NCBI GenBank assembly: GCA_033549025.1
Contig: JAWSUS010000001.1
Coordinates: 171,685-235,684 of the forward strand
Direction of reading: 5' to 3'
Source: Desulfuromonadales bacterium
Lineage (GTDB): Bacteria > Desulfobacterota > Desulfuromonadia > Desulfuromonadales > SZUA-540
Length of the DNA stretch: 64,000 nt
In this document: one piece after another, positions 47,529 through 56,117 of the stretch
Layout: each line of letters opens with the position of its first letter
Position numbering within the stretch: position 1 is the first letter of the stretch
Position numbers and translations under genes: made by a program
The notes under the pieces: model-generated
What the model was told of the DNA's origin: nothing
The model's input: only the letters and a program-made list of their open reading frames with translations
Database searches by the model: none

Positions 47529-48812
47529 TCAATAAATCCGTAGCGTCACAAAGCGAACGTCCGCTTCGGCCGATCGCACCTCGCAAATCCAGCTGTCTTG
47601 ACCATCCCGTATTTTGATCTGGCGACCACCATCCGGATCAGGCAAAAGCGCCAGGTAAATTTCAGCCGGCAGCATCGACCAGGACCTCAAATCAGCCTGT
47701 TCCGTGATCAGCGCCGTGATCTGCATGGCCAGGCCGGCCAGCGGACCGTTATCTTTTTCGATCTGGCGGGCCGCCACCTGCTTGGCCGTCGCCCGGGCAA
47801 TGGCCTTGGCGAGGATGCGGCCGTTGTGATCCTCCAGACTGGCCCGGGCCACTTTTTCCACATCCTCAACCCGCTCGGGCCTCACCCAGCCATCGCCCTC
47901 AAGGGAGACTTCCAGCCGCCGTGCCGGCTGAGGACGATCGACAAACTCGGGCAAGGCCAGCTTGACGGGAAAACCTTGCGACGTGGGAAAGAGGGCGAAG
48001 ACCTCCTGCTTGACCGGCACCAGCCCAGAGGCAACGATAACAGCGATGACCGGCCGCTCATCTTCCTCGGCCAGCTCGAGCGCCTCAGCCTGTTCCCGGT
48101 AGTGGTGATATTCCTCCAGCAGGCCCGAGCGTCTCGCAGTAAGTAACAGGCGGTTCCAGAGAAAAACGGGTGCCCTCACCCCATATTTCGGATAATTGCT
48201 TTGATAGAGTTCGAGGCTTTTGCGGTAAGCGATGAAGGCATCGTTATGTTCCCCCAGAGCCTCGTAGATCAGGCCGGTGAGCAGCCGCAGATAGGCACTC
48301 TCCTTGAACCGGTCCCCGCCGCCGAACGTGTCGGCAAAATAGTTCAGCTTCTGGTCGATCTTGCGGCTCTCGATGCGGGCGCCCTCAAGGTCGCTCAGGT
48401 TCAGAAAATTCAGGGCCTTGTAGTAGTTGAGGTAGACCGTTTCGTAATCGGCCCCGCTGTAGGCGATAAGATGATCGTTGGTGACAAAGCTGAGGGTTTC
48501 GGCCGACAGACTGCGGGTAAACAGCTGTTCGACCAGGCGATCGGCCTCCTCGAAGACCTCGTTGCTGCGCCTGTACTCGCCCTCAAGGTGCAGGAGGAGG
48601 CCCTTTTCCATCAGAAACAACAGGCGGTTTTTGTCACTACGGGCCAGCGAGGACTTCTCCAGAACAGTCAGGGCGCCGTCGTACTCACCCGACAGAGCCA
48701 GGGCAGAGCTGCGCTCCAGCGCTCTGCGGTAATCAGCGCAGCCTGTCAGGGCAGTCAGAACCAGCACGCCAGCCAGCAGTGCCCTTCCCCACCCCATTTG
48801 TCCTCGTGTCAT
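47529..48812 (-). CDS. COG3014-like TPR lipoprotein
   Basis: Lipobox LTGC, SNEVFEEAD, YSGADYE..YLNYYKALN, EQADLRSWSMLP; start uncertain (48812 or 48797). Confidence 0.78.
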   Translation of the reverse strand: MTRGQMGWGRALLAGVLVLTALTGCADYRRALERSSALALSGEYDGALTVLEKSSLARSDKNRLLFLMEKGLLLHLEGEYRRSNEVFEEADRLVEQLFTRSLSAETLSFVTNDHLIAYSGADYETVYLNYYKALNFLNLSDLEGARIESRKIDQKLNYFADTFGGGDRFKESAYLRLLTGLIYEALGEHNDAFIAYRKSLELYQSNYPKYGVRAPVFLWNRLLLTARRSGLLEEYHHYREQAEALELAEEDERPVIAVIVASGLVPVKQEVFALFPTSQGFPVKLALPEFVDRPQPARRLEVSLEGDGWVRPERVEDVEKVARASLEDHNGRILAKAIARATAKQVAARQIEKDNGPLAGLAMQITALITEQADLRSWSMLPAEIYLALLPDPDGGRQIKIRDGQDSWICEVRSAEADVRFVTLRIY

Positions 48813-48838
48813 CGCCACCAATACCGCCGCCGGGCCGA

Positions 48839-49441
48839 TTAGAGTTTGAAGCGGGCCCGCTCGACGAACTTCTTGATTTTCTTCTCGCCCAACCACACCT
48901 TGCGGTTATCGGCCATGTCGATCAACTCAAGGTTCACCTGGTAGAAGACGACCATCTCCTTGCCTTCACGATCGACAATGGAGTTGATGGAGCCGATGAG
49001 CATGAAATCCGCGCCGGCTTCCATGCCCGGTGCCTTGCGCGTCTCCGGCGAGGCGTGAATATCCTGGTCGAGACGCTCCTCGCGCACCCCCTCGCGCTCT
49101 TCAGAAGAGGCGACAAAATTGGCCCGGCCCGAGTTGATCAGCGCCCTTTCCAGGTCTTTGGTGAAGGTTTCCGTGCTGATATGTTCCGACGAACGATTGC
49201 GAACCTGGCCGACGATAATGTCGGGGGTCTTGCCGGTGCGGGTCACAAATTGCGACAGCCAGGGCCTGTTCAGGCAATCCTGCACCATGGCTTCGGCCAC
49301 CAGACGGCTGTCCGTATCGTTCCAGCGACCCGACAGGTCCCGTACTTCATCCGTATCGATGCGGGTCACCTTGGTGCCGCAGCCGACCAGTCCCAGAAAC
49401 AACACCAGCAGAATAAAGTGAAAAAAGCGCCATCGAATCAT
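48839..49441 (-). CDS. lpoB: Penicillin-binding protein activator LpoB-like lipoprotein
   Basis: Lipobox LVGC, DLSGRWNDTD, VRNRSSEHI, GADFMLIGSI, FYQVNLELID...KVW. Confidence 0.8.
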   Translation of the reverse strand: MIRWRFFHFILLVLFLGLVGCGTKVTRIDTDEVRDLSGRWNDTDSRLVAEAMVQDCLNRPWLSQFVTRTGKTPDIIVGQVRNRSSEHISTETFTKDLERALINSGRANFVASSEEREGVREERLDQDIHASPETRKAPGMEAGADFMLIGSINSIVDREGKEMVVFYQVNLELIDMADNRKVWLGEKKIKKFVERARFKL

Positions 49442-49446
49442 TTATT

Positions 49447-50004
49447 CTATCTCCTTCCCTCTTCCAGACGGATCTCGTCAAAAGCCTTCTCGGCATTGGA
49501 ATGGACAAATCCCCGCAGGTCGGGATCCATCTCCTTCATCTGCTCCAGGGTCGCCTTGACGCCATCCAGATCGAGGCGGACCAGGGAGTAGATGGTGTTG
49601 GTCTCGGGGTCCTTCCAGCGGTCAACGACCTTCGCCCCCTTGACCGACACCTGGGTAAAGGTCTTGAGACTCTGCTCCACGTGCTGGGACTCCATCTCCT
49701 GCCGCCCCATGGCCGCCGCCGTCGAAGTCTGATAATCGCGATAGAGGTTGGCTACATAGGTATCGAGCTGCTTGGCGATATCGGCCCGAGCCCGCTGATC
49801 GGCGGTCTGCACCGCCAGCGTCTGGCTGGAAATGCCGGCCACGGCGCCGACACCGTAGAAGACCCGGTCGCCTTCCTTCTCAAAGGCGCCGCTCCCCTGG
49901 TTGACCCAGTCGGGACCACCGGCCACGAGTTTGTGTTTGCTGCTGCAGGCGACCAGTGACAGCAACGCCAGAATAACCACCATTGTCCTGAGAAAAATTT
50001 TCAT
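49447..50004 (-). CDS. LPP20-family lipoprotein
   Basis: Lipobox LVAC, GPDWV, FYGVG, ADQRARADIAK. Confidence 0.8.
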   Translation of the reverse strand: MKIFLRTMVVILALLSLVACSSKHKLVAGGPDWVNQGSGAFEKEGDRVFYGVGAVAGISSQTLAVQTADQRARADIAKQLDTYVANLYRDYQTSTAAAMGRQEMESQHVEQSLKTFTQVSVKGAKVVDRWKDPETNTIYSLVRLDLDGVKATLEQMKEMDPDLRGFVHSNAEKAFDEIRLEEGRR

Positions 50005-50194
50005 CCTGATAACTCCTTTTACCCTTAAAACGAACCACGGCTGAAAAACATCCGCAACAGGGAGTATCCCTTTGACATTATGGAAGTCTAGCAGGAATAC
50101 CTGGAATTATCATGGGAAAAATGGTATGACACCCTACCAGAAATTGATGCCCGCCCCGTCCTCACAGACCTTTTCACCCCGAGGAGATTACGCC

Positions 50195-51322
50195 ATGACC
50201 GCTGCCTTTTTTTCGCCATTTCGCCTTAAAAACCTGGAGCTCACCAACCGCTTCGTCCGCAGTGCCACATGGGAAGGGATGTGCGACGAAAAGGGCGAGC
50301 CTGGCAAGAAGCTGGAAGATTATTACCGGCAACTGGTACGTGGAGGCGTTGGCCTGATTATCTCGGGATACACCTTCGTCCGGGCCGACGGCAAACAGCT
50401 GCCGGGCAAGATGGGCATCGACCGTGACGCCCTGCTGCCGGCGCTGCGAAGCCTTACCGATGCCGTGCATGACGAAGGTGGTCTGCTGCTGTGCCAGTTG
50501 GTTCACGCCGGTGGGCAGACCAGCAGCAAGACCATCGGCACCATGCCGCTAGCACCTTCAGCCATCGATTTTCCCAGCTACGGCGAGACGCCGCGTGAAA
50601 TGACCCAGGCAGATATCCGCAGCCTCGTGACGGCTTTTGCCGAGGGAGCGACCCGGGCCCAAAAGGCCGGCTTTGACGGCATTCAACTGCACGGCGCCCA
50701 CGGCTATCTCATCCACCAGTTTCTTTCCCCCCTGACCAACCAGCGCCAGGACGAATACGGCGGCGACCTGGAAAACCGCAGCCGTTTCCTCTTTGAAGTC
50801 TATGCGGCGGTGCGTGAGGCCGTGGGGGTTGATTTCCCGGTAACCATCAAGCTGACGGCGGCGGACAACCTCCCGGAGGGCTTTACGGTTGAAGACGCGG
50901 TGAAGGTAGCTCAAAAGCTGGATTCCCTGGGCATTGACGCCATTGAGGTCAGCTCCGGCAGCGCCGCATCCGGAGCCGAATCCCCCGTGCGTCAGGGAAT
51001 CGACACACCAGCGGACGAAGCCTACAACGCTTCCTTCGCCCGCCGCATCAAAGAGGGTGTTTCCGTTCCCGTCATGGTGGTTGGCGGCCTGCGCTCCTGT
51101 GCCGTCATGAAACACCTCCTGGAAAATGGCGACGCTGATCTCTTTTCGCTGAGCCGCCCCCTGATCCGCGAACCCGCTCTGATCCGGCGCTGGCAGCAGA
51201 ACGAGGACCACCGGGCCACCTGCATTTCGTGCAATGGCTGTTTTCGTCCCGGCCTCAAGGAAGGGGGCATCGACTGTGTCGTCGAGAGGATCGAAGAGAA
51301 AAATCGTAGCCCCGTCATCTGA
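50195..51322 (+). CDS. NADH:flavin oxidoreductase (Old Yellow Enzyme family)
   Basis: NRFVRSATWE, QLVHAG, GFDGIQLHGAHGYL, DEYGGDLENR, CISCNGC; GAGGAG RBS. Confidence 0.93.
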   Translation: MTAAFFSPFRLKNLELTNRFVRSATWEGMCDEKGEPGKKLEDYYRQLVRGGVGLIISGYTFVRADGKQLPGKMGIDRDALLPALRSLTDAVHDEGGLLLCQLVHAGGQTSSKTIGTMPLAPSAIDFPSYGETPREMTQADIRSLVTAFAEGATRAQKAGFDGIQLHGAHGYLIHQFLSPLTNQRQDEYGGDLENRSRFLFEVYAAVREAVGVDFPVTIKLTAADNLPEGFTVEDAVKVAQKLDSLGIDAIEVSSGSAASGAESPVRQGIDTPADEAYNASFARRIKEGVSVPVMVVGGLRSCAVMKHLLENGDADLFSLSRPLIREPALIRRWQQNEDHRATCISCNGCFRPGLKEGGIDCVVERIEEKNRSPVI

Positions 51323-51350
51323 ACCGCATCATGCGACCGTGGCTTTGGAC

Positions 51351-51379
51351 TTGAAAAAAGGGAAGGTTGCGACTATATT
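51351..51379 (+). promoter_or_regulatory. Candidate sigma70 promoter
   Basis: TTGAAA-17 nt-TATATT. Confidence 0.5.
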
Positions 51380-51429
51380 GGCGCCGACTTTGACGCCCAA
51401 AACGATGATTCGGTTTGTCGGGAGGTTAT

Positions 51430-51981
51430 GTGGAAAAAGAACTCAATGCCAAAGAGAAAGAGACCTTGCTTGCCATCGCCCGCAAGGCGATTGAAACCTA
51501 TGTCCGCACCGGCGAAACCTACGTCGAGCCCCGCGAGGAAAAGATTCTCAATCGGCGCAACGGCTGTTTTGTCACCATCAAGCAGAAGGGCCAGCTAAGG
51601 GGCTGTATCGGCAACTTTCAATCCGAGTTGCCCCTTTTCAAGGAAGTTGTCGAAATCGCCATCTCTTCGGCGACCCGCGATCCCCGTTTCTATCCCATTA
51701 AAGAAGAGGATCTTGACGATTTCTCCCTGGAAATCTCGGTGCTATCTCCCTTGAAAAAAATCGAGGATATTTCGGAAATCGAAGTCGGCAAACACGGCAT
51801 CTACCTGGAAAAAGGCTACTATCGGGGGGTCCTGCTCCCCCAGGTGGCAACTGAGCATGGCTGGGACCGCGATACTTTCCTCAAGCAGACCTGCATCAAG
51901 GCGGGCCTGCCGCCGGAAGCCGCCAAAGCCGAAGACACCGAAATCTACATCTTCAGCGCCCAGGTTTTCGGCGAAGACTAA
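51430..51981 (+). CDS. amrA: AMMECR1-domain protein (AmmeMemoRadiSam protein A)
   Basis: GCFVTI, LRGCIG, DPRF, EISVLSP, LLPQVA, KAGL; GTG start after GGAGG. Confidence 0.92.
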   Translation: MEKELNAKEKETLLAIARKAIETYVRTGETYVEPREEKILNRRNGCFVTIKQKGQLRGCIGNFQSELPLFKEVVEIAISSATRDPRFYPIKEEDLDDFSLEISVLSPLKKIEDISEIEVGKHGIYLEKGYYRGVLLPQVATEHGWDRDTFLKQTCIKAGLPPEAAKAEDTEIYIFSAQVFGED

Positions 51982-51985
51982 ACGC

Positions 51986-52021
51986 AAAAAAACGGCCTCT
52001 TAAGTGGGGCCGTTTTTTTTT
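51986..52021. terminator. Bidirectional intrinsic terminator
   Basis: AAAAAAACGGCCTC-TTAAGT-GGGGCCGTTTTTTTTT between convergent genes. Confidence 0.9.
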
Positions 52022-52038
52022 GCAACACCTCAAAACCA

Positions 52039-52587
52039 TCAACCATCCTTGAACAGGTCGCTGGGAGCAGCCTTCTGCTGTCCCTTCTGCACGCCGGGCG
52101 AACTCGAAGCCCTGTAAACGAATTCCCAGTCCCGGTATGCCGCCTTCCCCTTGAACCCGCTGTTCTCTTCTGAAAAGTTGTCCTGCTGGAAGGGCTTCAG
52201 GCTGCTGGAACTGCGCACCCCCATGATGCGACCGCCGGGATCTCTGATCAGCACCCATTCCCCCCCTGTCATCGGCTCCGGATAGAGCCGGCGGATGTGG
52301 CGCCGGATTTCGAGGCTGCGCGGATCTTTGAGCAAATCGTCCAGCGTATTGGGATAACTTCTCGCCTGCGGCCTCTGCCCTGCTCCGCTGGAAAAGAGGT
52401 AATAACTGCCAATCGCCTTACGGTACTGCTCCCCCCGCCACAGCAGCTCTTTTTCCCGCGCCTGCTGCACAACCGTCTTCCAGCTTGAGCCCGCCAGGCC
52501 GGCGGTCAATCCCACCACCGTCACCATGACCAGAACCATCATCAGCGTCAGGCCGCGCTGGTTTTTCAGAGGCTGCAAAAAGATCAT
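52039..52587 (-). CDS. Type II secretion pseudopilin-like protein
   Basis: Class III signal KNQRG|LTLMMVLV (no Glu5), REKELLWRGEQYRKAI, YPNTLDDLLKDPR, RRLYPEPMTG. Confidence 0.85.
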   Translation of the reverse strand: MIFLQPLKNQRGLTLMMVLVMVTVVGLTAGLAGSSWKTVVQQAREKELLWRGEQYRKAIGSYYLFSSGAGQRPQARSYPNTLDDLLKDPRSLEIRRHIRRLYPEPMTGGEWVLIRDPGGRIMGVRSSSSLKPFQQDNFSEENSGFKGKAAYRDWEFVYRASSSPGVQKGQQKAAPSDLFKDG

Positions 52588-52605
52588 TCTTCGCTCACCA
52601 GGTCA

Positions 52606-54462
52606 TCATTGCAGAGTAAAAGTCCAGACGTCACTTTCGCTGACAGCACCGTGGCTGTCCTCGGTGACGACTTTCCAGTAATACGTCCCCGGCGCCAGAC
52701 CGTCAACCTGATATTTCACGATCTCAACAGGTGTCGGCGTGACGCTTCCCGAACTGCCACCGCCCCCACCTCCGCCACAGGAAACCAGCAACCAACCAGC
52801 CGCCACCAGACATAGCAGCAACGATATCGCGCCATGGCGTCGTTTTGACCACAGGCCCGCGCCCAGCAAGAGTCCGGTCCCCAGTAAAAGGATCGTCGAT
52901 TCAACAAGTGACGTGTCAACGTAAGTATACGGTGAAAATTCAGCATTTTCAGCATAAACAAGGGTTTCTGTCAAAGGGTCGCCATTGGCATCCGTTCCCC
53001 TCGCCCACTCGAACACCACCGAGGAACCGACAAGATCAGCGCCATTTGCCGGGGCGCGAAGCTGGGCGGCGACGGGGGGAACGTTGAGCTGCTTGTAGGC
53101 GGCGAGGGCGTTGACCAGGCCGTAGCCGTAGTAATTATCTGGACCTGCCTCGCCGAGATCCGTTGCCCCGCCTGTCAGGGCCCTTTCCAATTCAGCGGAG
53201 GAAGCGTTGGGAAAAGCATCGAGCAACAAGGCCATGACACCTGCCACATGAGGCGTGGAGAACGAGGTGCCGGAGTAAAGCGCGTACGGAAAAGAAGGGT
53301 CGTTGGTAGAGGTCTCGATATATTCGCCGGGGGCGGTCAGCTCGGGATAGATGGAGCCATCACAGGTCGAAGGCCCGACAGCGCTGAAGGTCGAGACGAC
53401 CAAGGTCTTGCTGACACTTCCCACAGCCACCGACTCCGGGTAATTTGCCGGACTGATGTCACCCGTTTGTTCTGTATTGCCTGCGGCAAAAACCACCGCT
53501 ATCCCAAAAGACTTAAGCGCGCTGACAGCTGGTTGGAAGTCAAGAATACATCTATTGACTTCGTCATCAAAGCCCCAGGAATTATTGACAATATCGGGAG
53601 CGTCATCGGTTGAATCTACCCCGTCAGGGTTAAGCATCCATTGAAAGGCCAGGAGTATCTTGGAGTTATCCGCATTCCCCTCGTCATCGAAAATTTTAGC
53701 TGCAATCCACTGGGCCGCCGGAGCAACACCAATACCGTTGTCACCCAAGATAACACCAGTGACAGCCGTTCCGTGCCCTGAAGCTTCAGGATCTGCGGGA
53801 TACAAGGGGTCATACGGAAGTGTCGTGTTTTTATACGGGTCAAACCAGCCGCCGTTTTCACGCCACTTGGCTGCCAGGGCCGGATGCGTCACATCAACGC
53901 CGCTGTCCATCACGCCCACGACGACACCTTCCCCTTCGTATCCTTTGGCCCACAAATCCGGGACCTTTACGGCGCCCAGGTTATCCCAGGCACTAGTCAT
54001 GGCAATGGCCTGAGGCGCAGGCGAACTCAGGCGAATGACCTCGTCATAGCGGATGGATTCCACCTCGGGCAGTGCGGCGAGGTCTTCTACTTGGGCAGCG
54101 GTCAACTGCACCGCCAGCGCGTTGATAAGCCAGAGGGGACGCTCTCCCGTTACCCTCTGCTGACGGAGATAGCGGATAACGTTCTGCTGGCTGCCGACGG
54201 CGTGGCTCCGGAGATAACGGATGAGTTTGGCGCGGGCGGCGGCCCGCTCTTCACATCGCCTCATCCCGCGCACCGCGAAAGACTCTACCTCCGGCGGCGC
54301 CGCAAATTGGATGATGACCGGAACAACCTCGTCCGCGGCTGTGGATTTCAAAGTACCCTGAAGCCTTTGATCCAGAACCGCTCCGGAGGCGCCGCCGATC
54401 ATGAAGCTCGTCATGAAAAAAAGAAGCAGCAACGCCGGGCCACTGTATTTTTTTAAATTCAT
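52606..54462 (-). CDS. S8 (subtilisin-like) serine protease with C-terminal membrane segment and Fn3-like domain
   Basis: Signal peptide, propeptide, triad VMDSG / GHGTAVTG / GTSFSTPHVAG, oxyanion AAGN, GPDNYYGYG. Confidence 0.93.
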   Translation of the reverse strand: MNLKKYSGPALLLLFFMTSFMIGGASGAVLDQRLQGTLKSTAADEVVPVIIQFAAPPEVESFAVRGMRRCEERAAARAKLIRYLRSHAVGSQQNVIRYLRQQRVTGERPLWLINALAVQLTAAQVEDLAALPEVESIRYDEVIRLSSPAPQAIAMTSAWDNLGAVKVPDLWAKGYEGEGVVVGVMDSGVDVTHPALAAKWRENGGWFDPYKNTTLPYDPLYPADPEASGHGTAVTGVILGDNGIGVAPAAQWIAAKIFDDEGNADNSKILLAFQWMLNPDGVDSTDDAPDIVNNSWGFDDEVNRCILDFQPAVSALKSFGIAVVFAAGNTEQTGDISPANYPESVAVGSVSKTLVVSTFSAVGPSTCDGSIYPELTAPGEYIETSTNDPSFPYALYSGTSFSTPHVAGVMALLLDAFPNASSAELERALTGGATDLGEAGPDNYYGYGLVNALAAYKQLNVPPVAAQLRAPANGADLVGSSVVFEWARGTDANGDPLTETLVYAENAEFSPYTYVDTSLVESTILLLGTGLLLGAGLWSKRRHGAISLLLCLVAAGWLLVSCGGGGGGGSSGSVTPTPVEIVKYQVDGLAPGTYYWKVVTEDSHGAVSESDVWTFTLQ

Positions 54463-55820
54463 AGAACCCTCGCAAGGAAACCTCTGGTTTCAACCGGGGG
54501 AGGAATTGCGATCCGTCGTGAGACGGAAGGCTTTGGTTGATAGGTGTAGCCGTCAGCCTGATGCACGATCCGGCAGTGCCGGTAAGATATGCCCTGGATC
54601 GTTCCGAAGGCCGTCGCGATATTGAATCTGCCGCTGGTTCTAACGGCGACACGGCCCAAGTGCAGACCGGCTCTTTTGCCGGAGGGAACGACGGCTTTAA
54701 CCTGGTCACCTGTGCGAAACCCCTGCACGAAGCGAGCACTCTTGGCGCTGGTGCGGGGGATGCCGAAGCGATCCATACGGCACATCTGACGGCTGCCCCG
54801 TCCCGTGGCGGTGATGGATAAAGGGGCCTGGTCGGGTTTCAGTCGCACGGTATCTCCAGACTCACCCACACATGCCGCGTCAATCCAGTGGGCCTTGGGA
54901 TAGTGCAGCCCAGTGCGGTTGTACTTGGTCCGACCGCCAGACCAGAAAGAGACGGGTAGCCCCAGCGTTTTAACCGCATGGCCGATGGCGTAGCGGGTGG
55001 CGTTGACGGCAGCGGAATCATTGAGCGGTCGCTTTAATTGACCAAGGATCTTTTGGAGCTGTTCCGGCCGGTCAGCCAGAAATTCCTGCACGGGCCGATT
55101 GCCTTTGCGTTCGTTGCAGTCCCGACACGACAGGGTAAGATTACTGATCCGGTTGGAGCCGCCTTTGCTTCTGGGAACGACATGCTCGATCTCCAGCGGC
55201 ACATTCTCGTCCCCACAATAAACACAGCGTCGCTGCCATTTTTCCAACAGATACTCGCGAACCTCGTAACCAAATAGCGTCCCTTGCTGGTATTCCACGC
55301 CACTAATCTCCGGGTTCTCGGCTTTCTGCAAATCAAACCTCACCGTTTCGACCGCAACGCTGGTGATCGGGCAGAGTCGTTGCAGCCGCTTTGCCAGCGT
55401 CAGGACGTTGTTGACTCTGGACTGCAGTGACGGTGGCAACCAGCCTTGTGGCCGAGTCCGGTTATCGAACCGGGGCGCACGGTAGCGGGTCTTGCGATGA
55501 CGCCGTGAACGCCGGATCGCCCGACGGCTTTCGAGGGCTTTTTTGATGGCTGCGCCTCGGTGGTGCAGTTCCGCGCACCAGAGAACGGTATTGGCGGAGT
55601 CGTGGTTGCCTACGAGGGCAACACCGGTGGTCTTGCTGCCCGGATCGAGCTTGAGTTCGACCGATTGCACATCCCCGCCGGTGCGGTGCTTCAAAACAAT
55701 AGTGAACGGGTAGCGGCGATACACCGCCGCCTTTCCGTTTCGCAGGAGCATTCTGGCCCGTGCCGGCGAGCAAGGGGAAAGGGGTTGTTTGGTATTGTCG
55801 AGTACAAAGACTCTCTGCAT
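54459..55820 (-). CDS. iscB: RNA-guided endonuclease IscB (453 aa)
   Basis: PLMP domain (VFVLD...PLSPCSPARAR...PFTI), RuvC-I LDPGSKTTG, Arg-rich bridge helix RRAIRRSRRHRKTRYR, RuvC-II VETVRFD, HNH CVYCG...IEHVVPRSKGGSN...CRDCN, RuvC-III HWIDA. Confidence 0.96.
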   Translation of the reverse strand: MQRVFVLDNTKQPLSPCSPARARMLLRNGKAAVYRRYPFTIVLKHRTGGDVQSVELKLDPGSKTTGVALVGNHDSANTVLWCAELHHRGAAIKKALESRRAIRRSRRHRKTRYRAPRFDNRTRPQGWLPPSLQSRVNNVLTLAKRLQRLCPITSVAVETVRFDLQKAENPEISGVEYQQGTLFGYEVREYLLEKWQRRCVYCGDENVPLEIEHVVPRSKGGSNRISNLTLSCRDCNERKGNRPVQEFLADRPEQLQKILGQLKRPLNDSAAVNATRYAIGHAVKTLGLPVSFWSGGRTKYNRTGLHYPKAHWIDAACVGESGDTVRLKPDQAPLSITATGRGSRQMCRMDRFGIPRTSAKSARFVQGFRTGDQVKAVVPSGKRAGLHLGRVAVRTSGRFNIATAFGTIQGISYRHCRIVHQADGYTYQPKPSVSRRIAIPPPVETRGFLARVL

Positions 55821-56097
55821 CGTTGTACCTTTTAAGTACCGGGTTACCCCGGCTTTCTCGCCTTGCGGCGGTAAAGTCTCCCTCGGCAAGGTTGTGAAAC
55901 GGTTTAACGTAGACGGCACCGACGCTTTACCCAGAACGTCTTTTAACCGGCTACCGCAGAGCCTGGAACTGGGAGGGCATTCCAGGGTGCCTATTTCGTT
56001 TCCAACGTAGCCCGTCAGCGATCTCTCGCTGGTGGCTGTGCCCGGTCAATCCAGACTTGTTGCTACAAGCCTCTGACTTCAGTCAGGGGTGATTGAC
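54463..56097. mobile_element. Non-autonomous IS200/IS605-family iscB (OMEGA) element, ~1635 bp
   Basis: Bounded by TTCAT (54458-54462) on the left and ...GATTGAC on the right. Near-identical subterminal hairpins CCTCTGGT-TTCA-ACCGGGGG (54481-54500) and CCTCTGAC-TTCA-GTCAGGGG (56070-56089). Contains iscB and an omegaRNA; no tnpA, no target duplication. Right junction uncertain by about 2 nt. Confidence 0.9.
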
Positions 56098-56117
56098 CGT
56101 CTGTGACCTCGCTGTTT
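55821..56117 (-). ncRNA. omegaRNA (HEARO-like scaffold) with predicted 5' guide
   Basis: Scaffold begins GTCAATCACCCCTGACTGAAGTCAGAGGCTTG at 56097. Closing stem GTCAATC/GATTGAC; hairpins CAGCGA/TCGCTG, CTGGAA/TTCCAG, CGCC-GCAA-GGCG, CCGGG/CCCGG; potential CTCCC/GGGAG pseudoknot. Guide inferred as flank 56117-56098. Transcript ends are inferred. Confidence 0.85.

Noticed and set aside
55821..55919. N-terminal extension of IscB in the ORF track (486 aa)
   Set aside because: It runs through the omegaRNA scaffold; IscB homology starts at MQRVFVLD (55820), which has an AAAGGT RBS-like sequence.
54463..56097. Cas9, TnpB or a group I/II intron as identity of the element
   Set aside because: PLMP N-terminus, HNH inserted in RuvC and 453-aa size define IscB. 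There is no array, RT domain or recognisable intron core.
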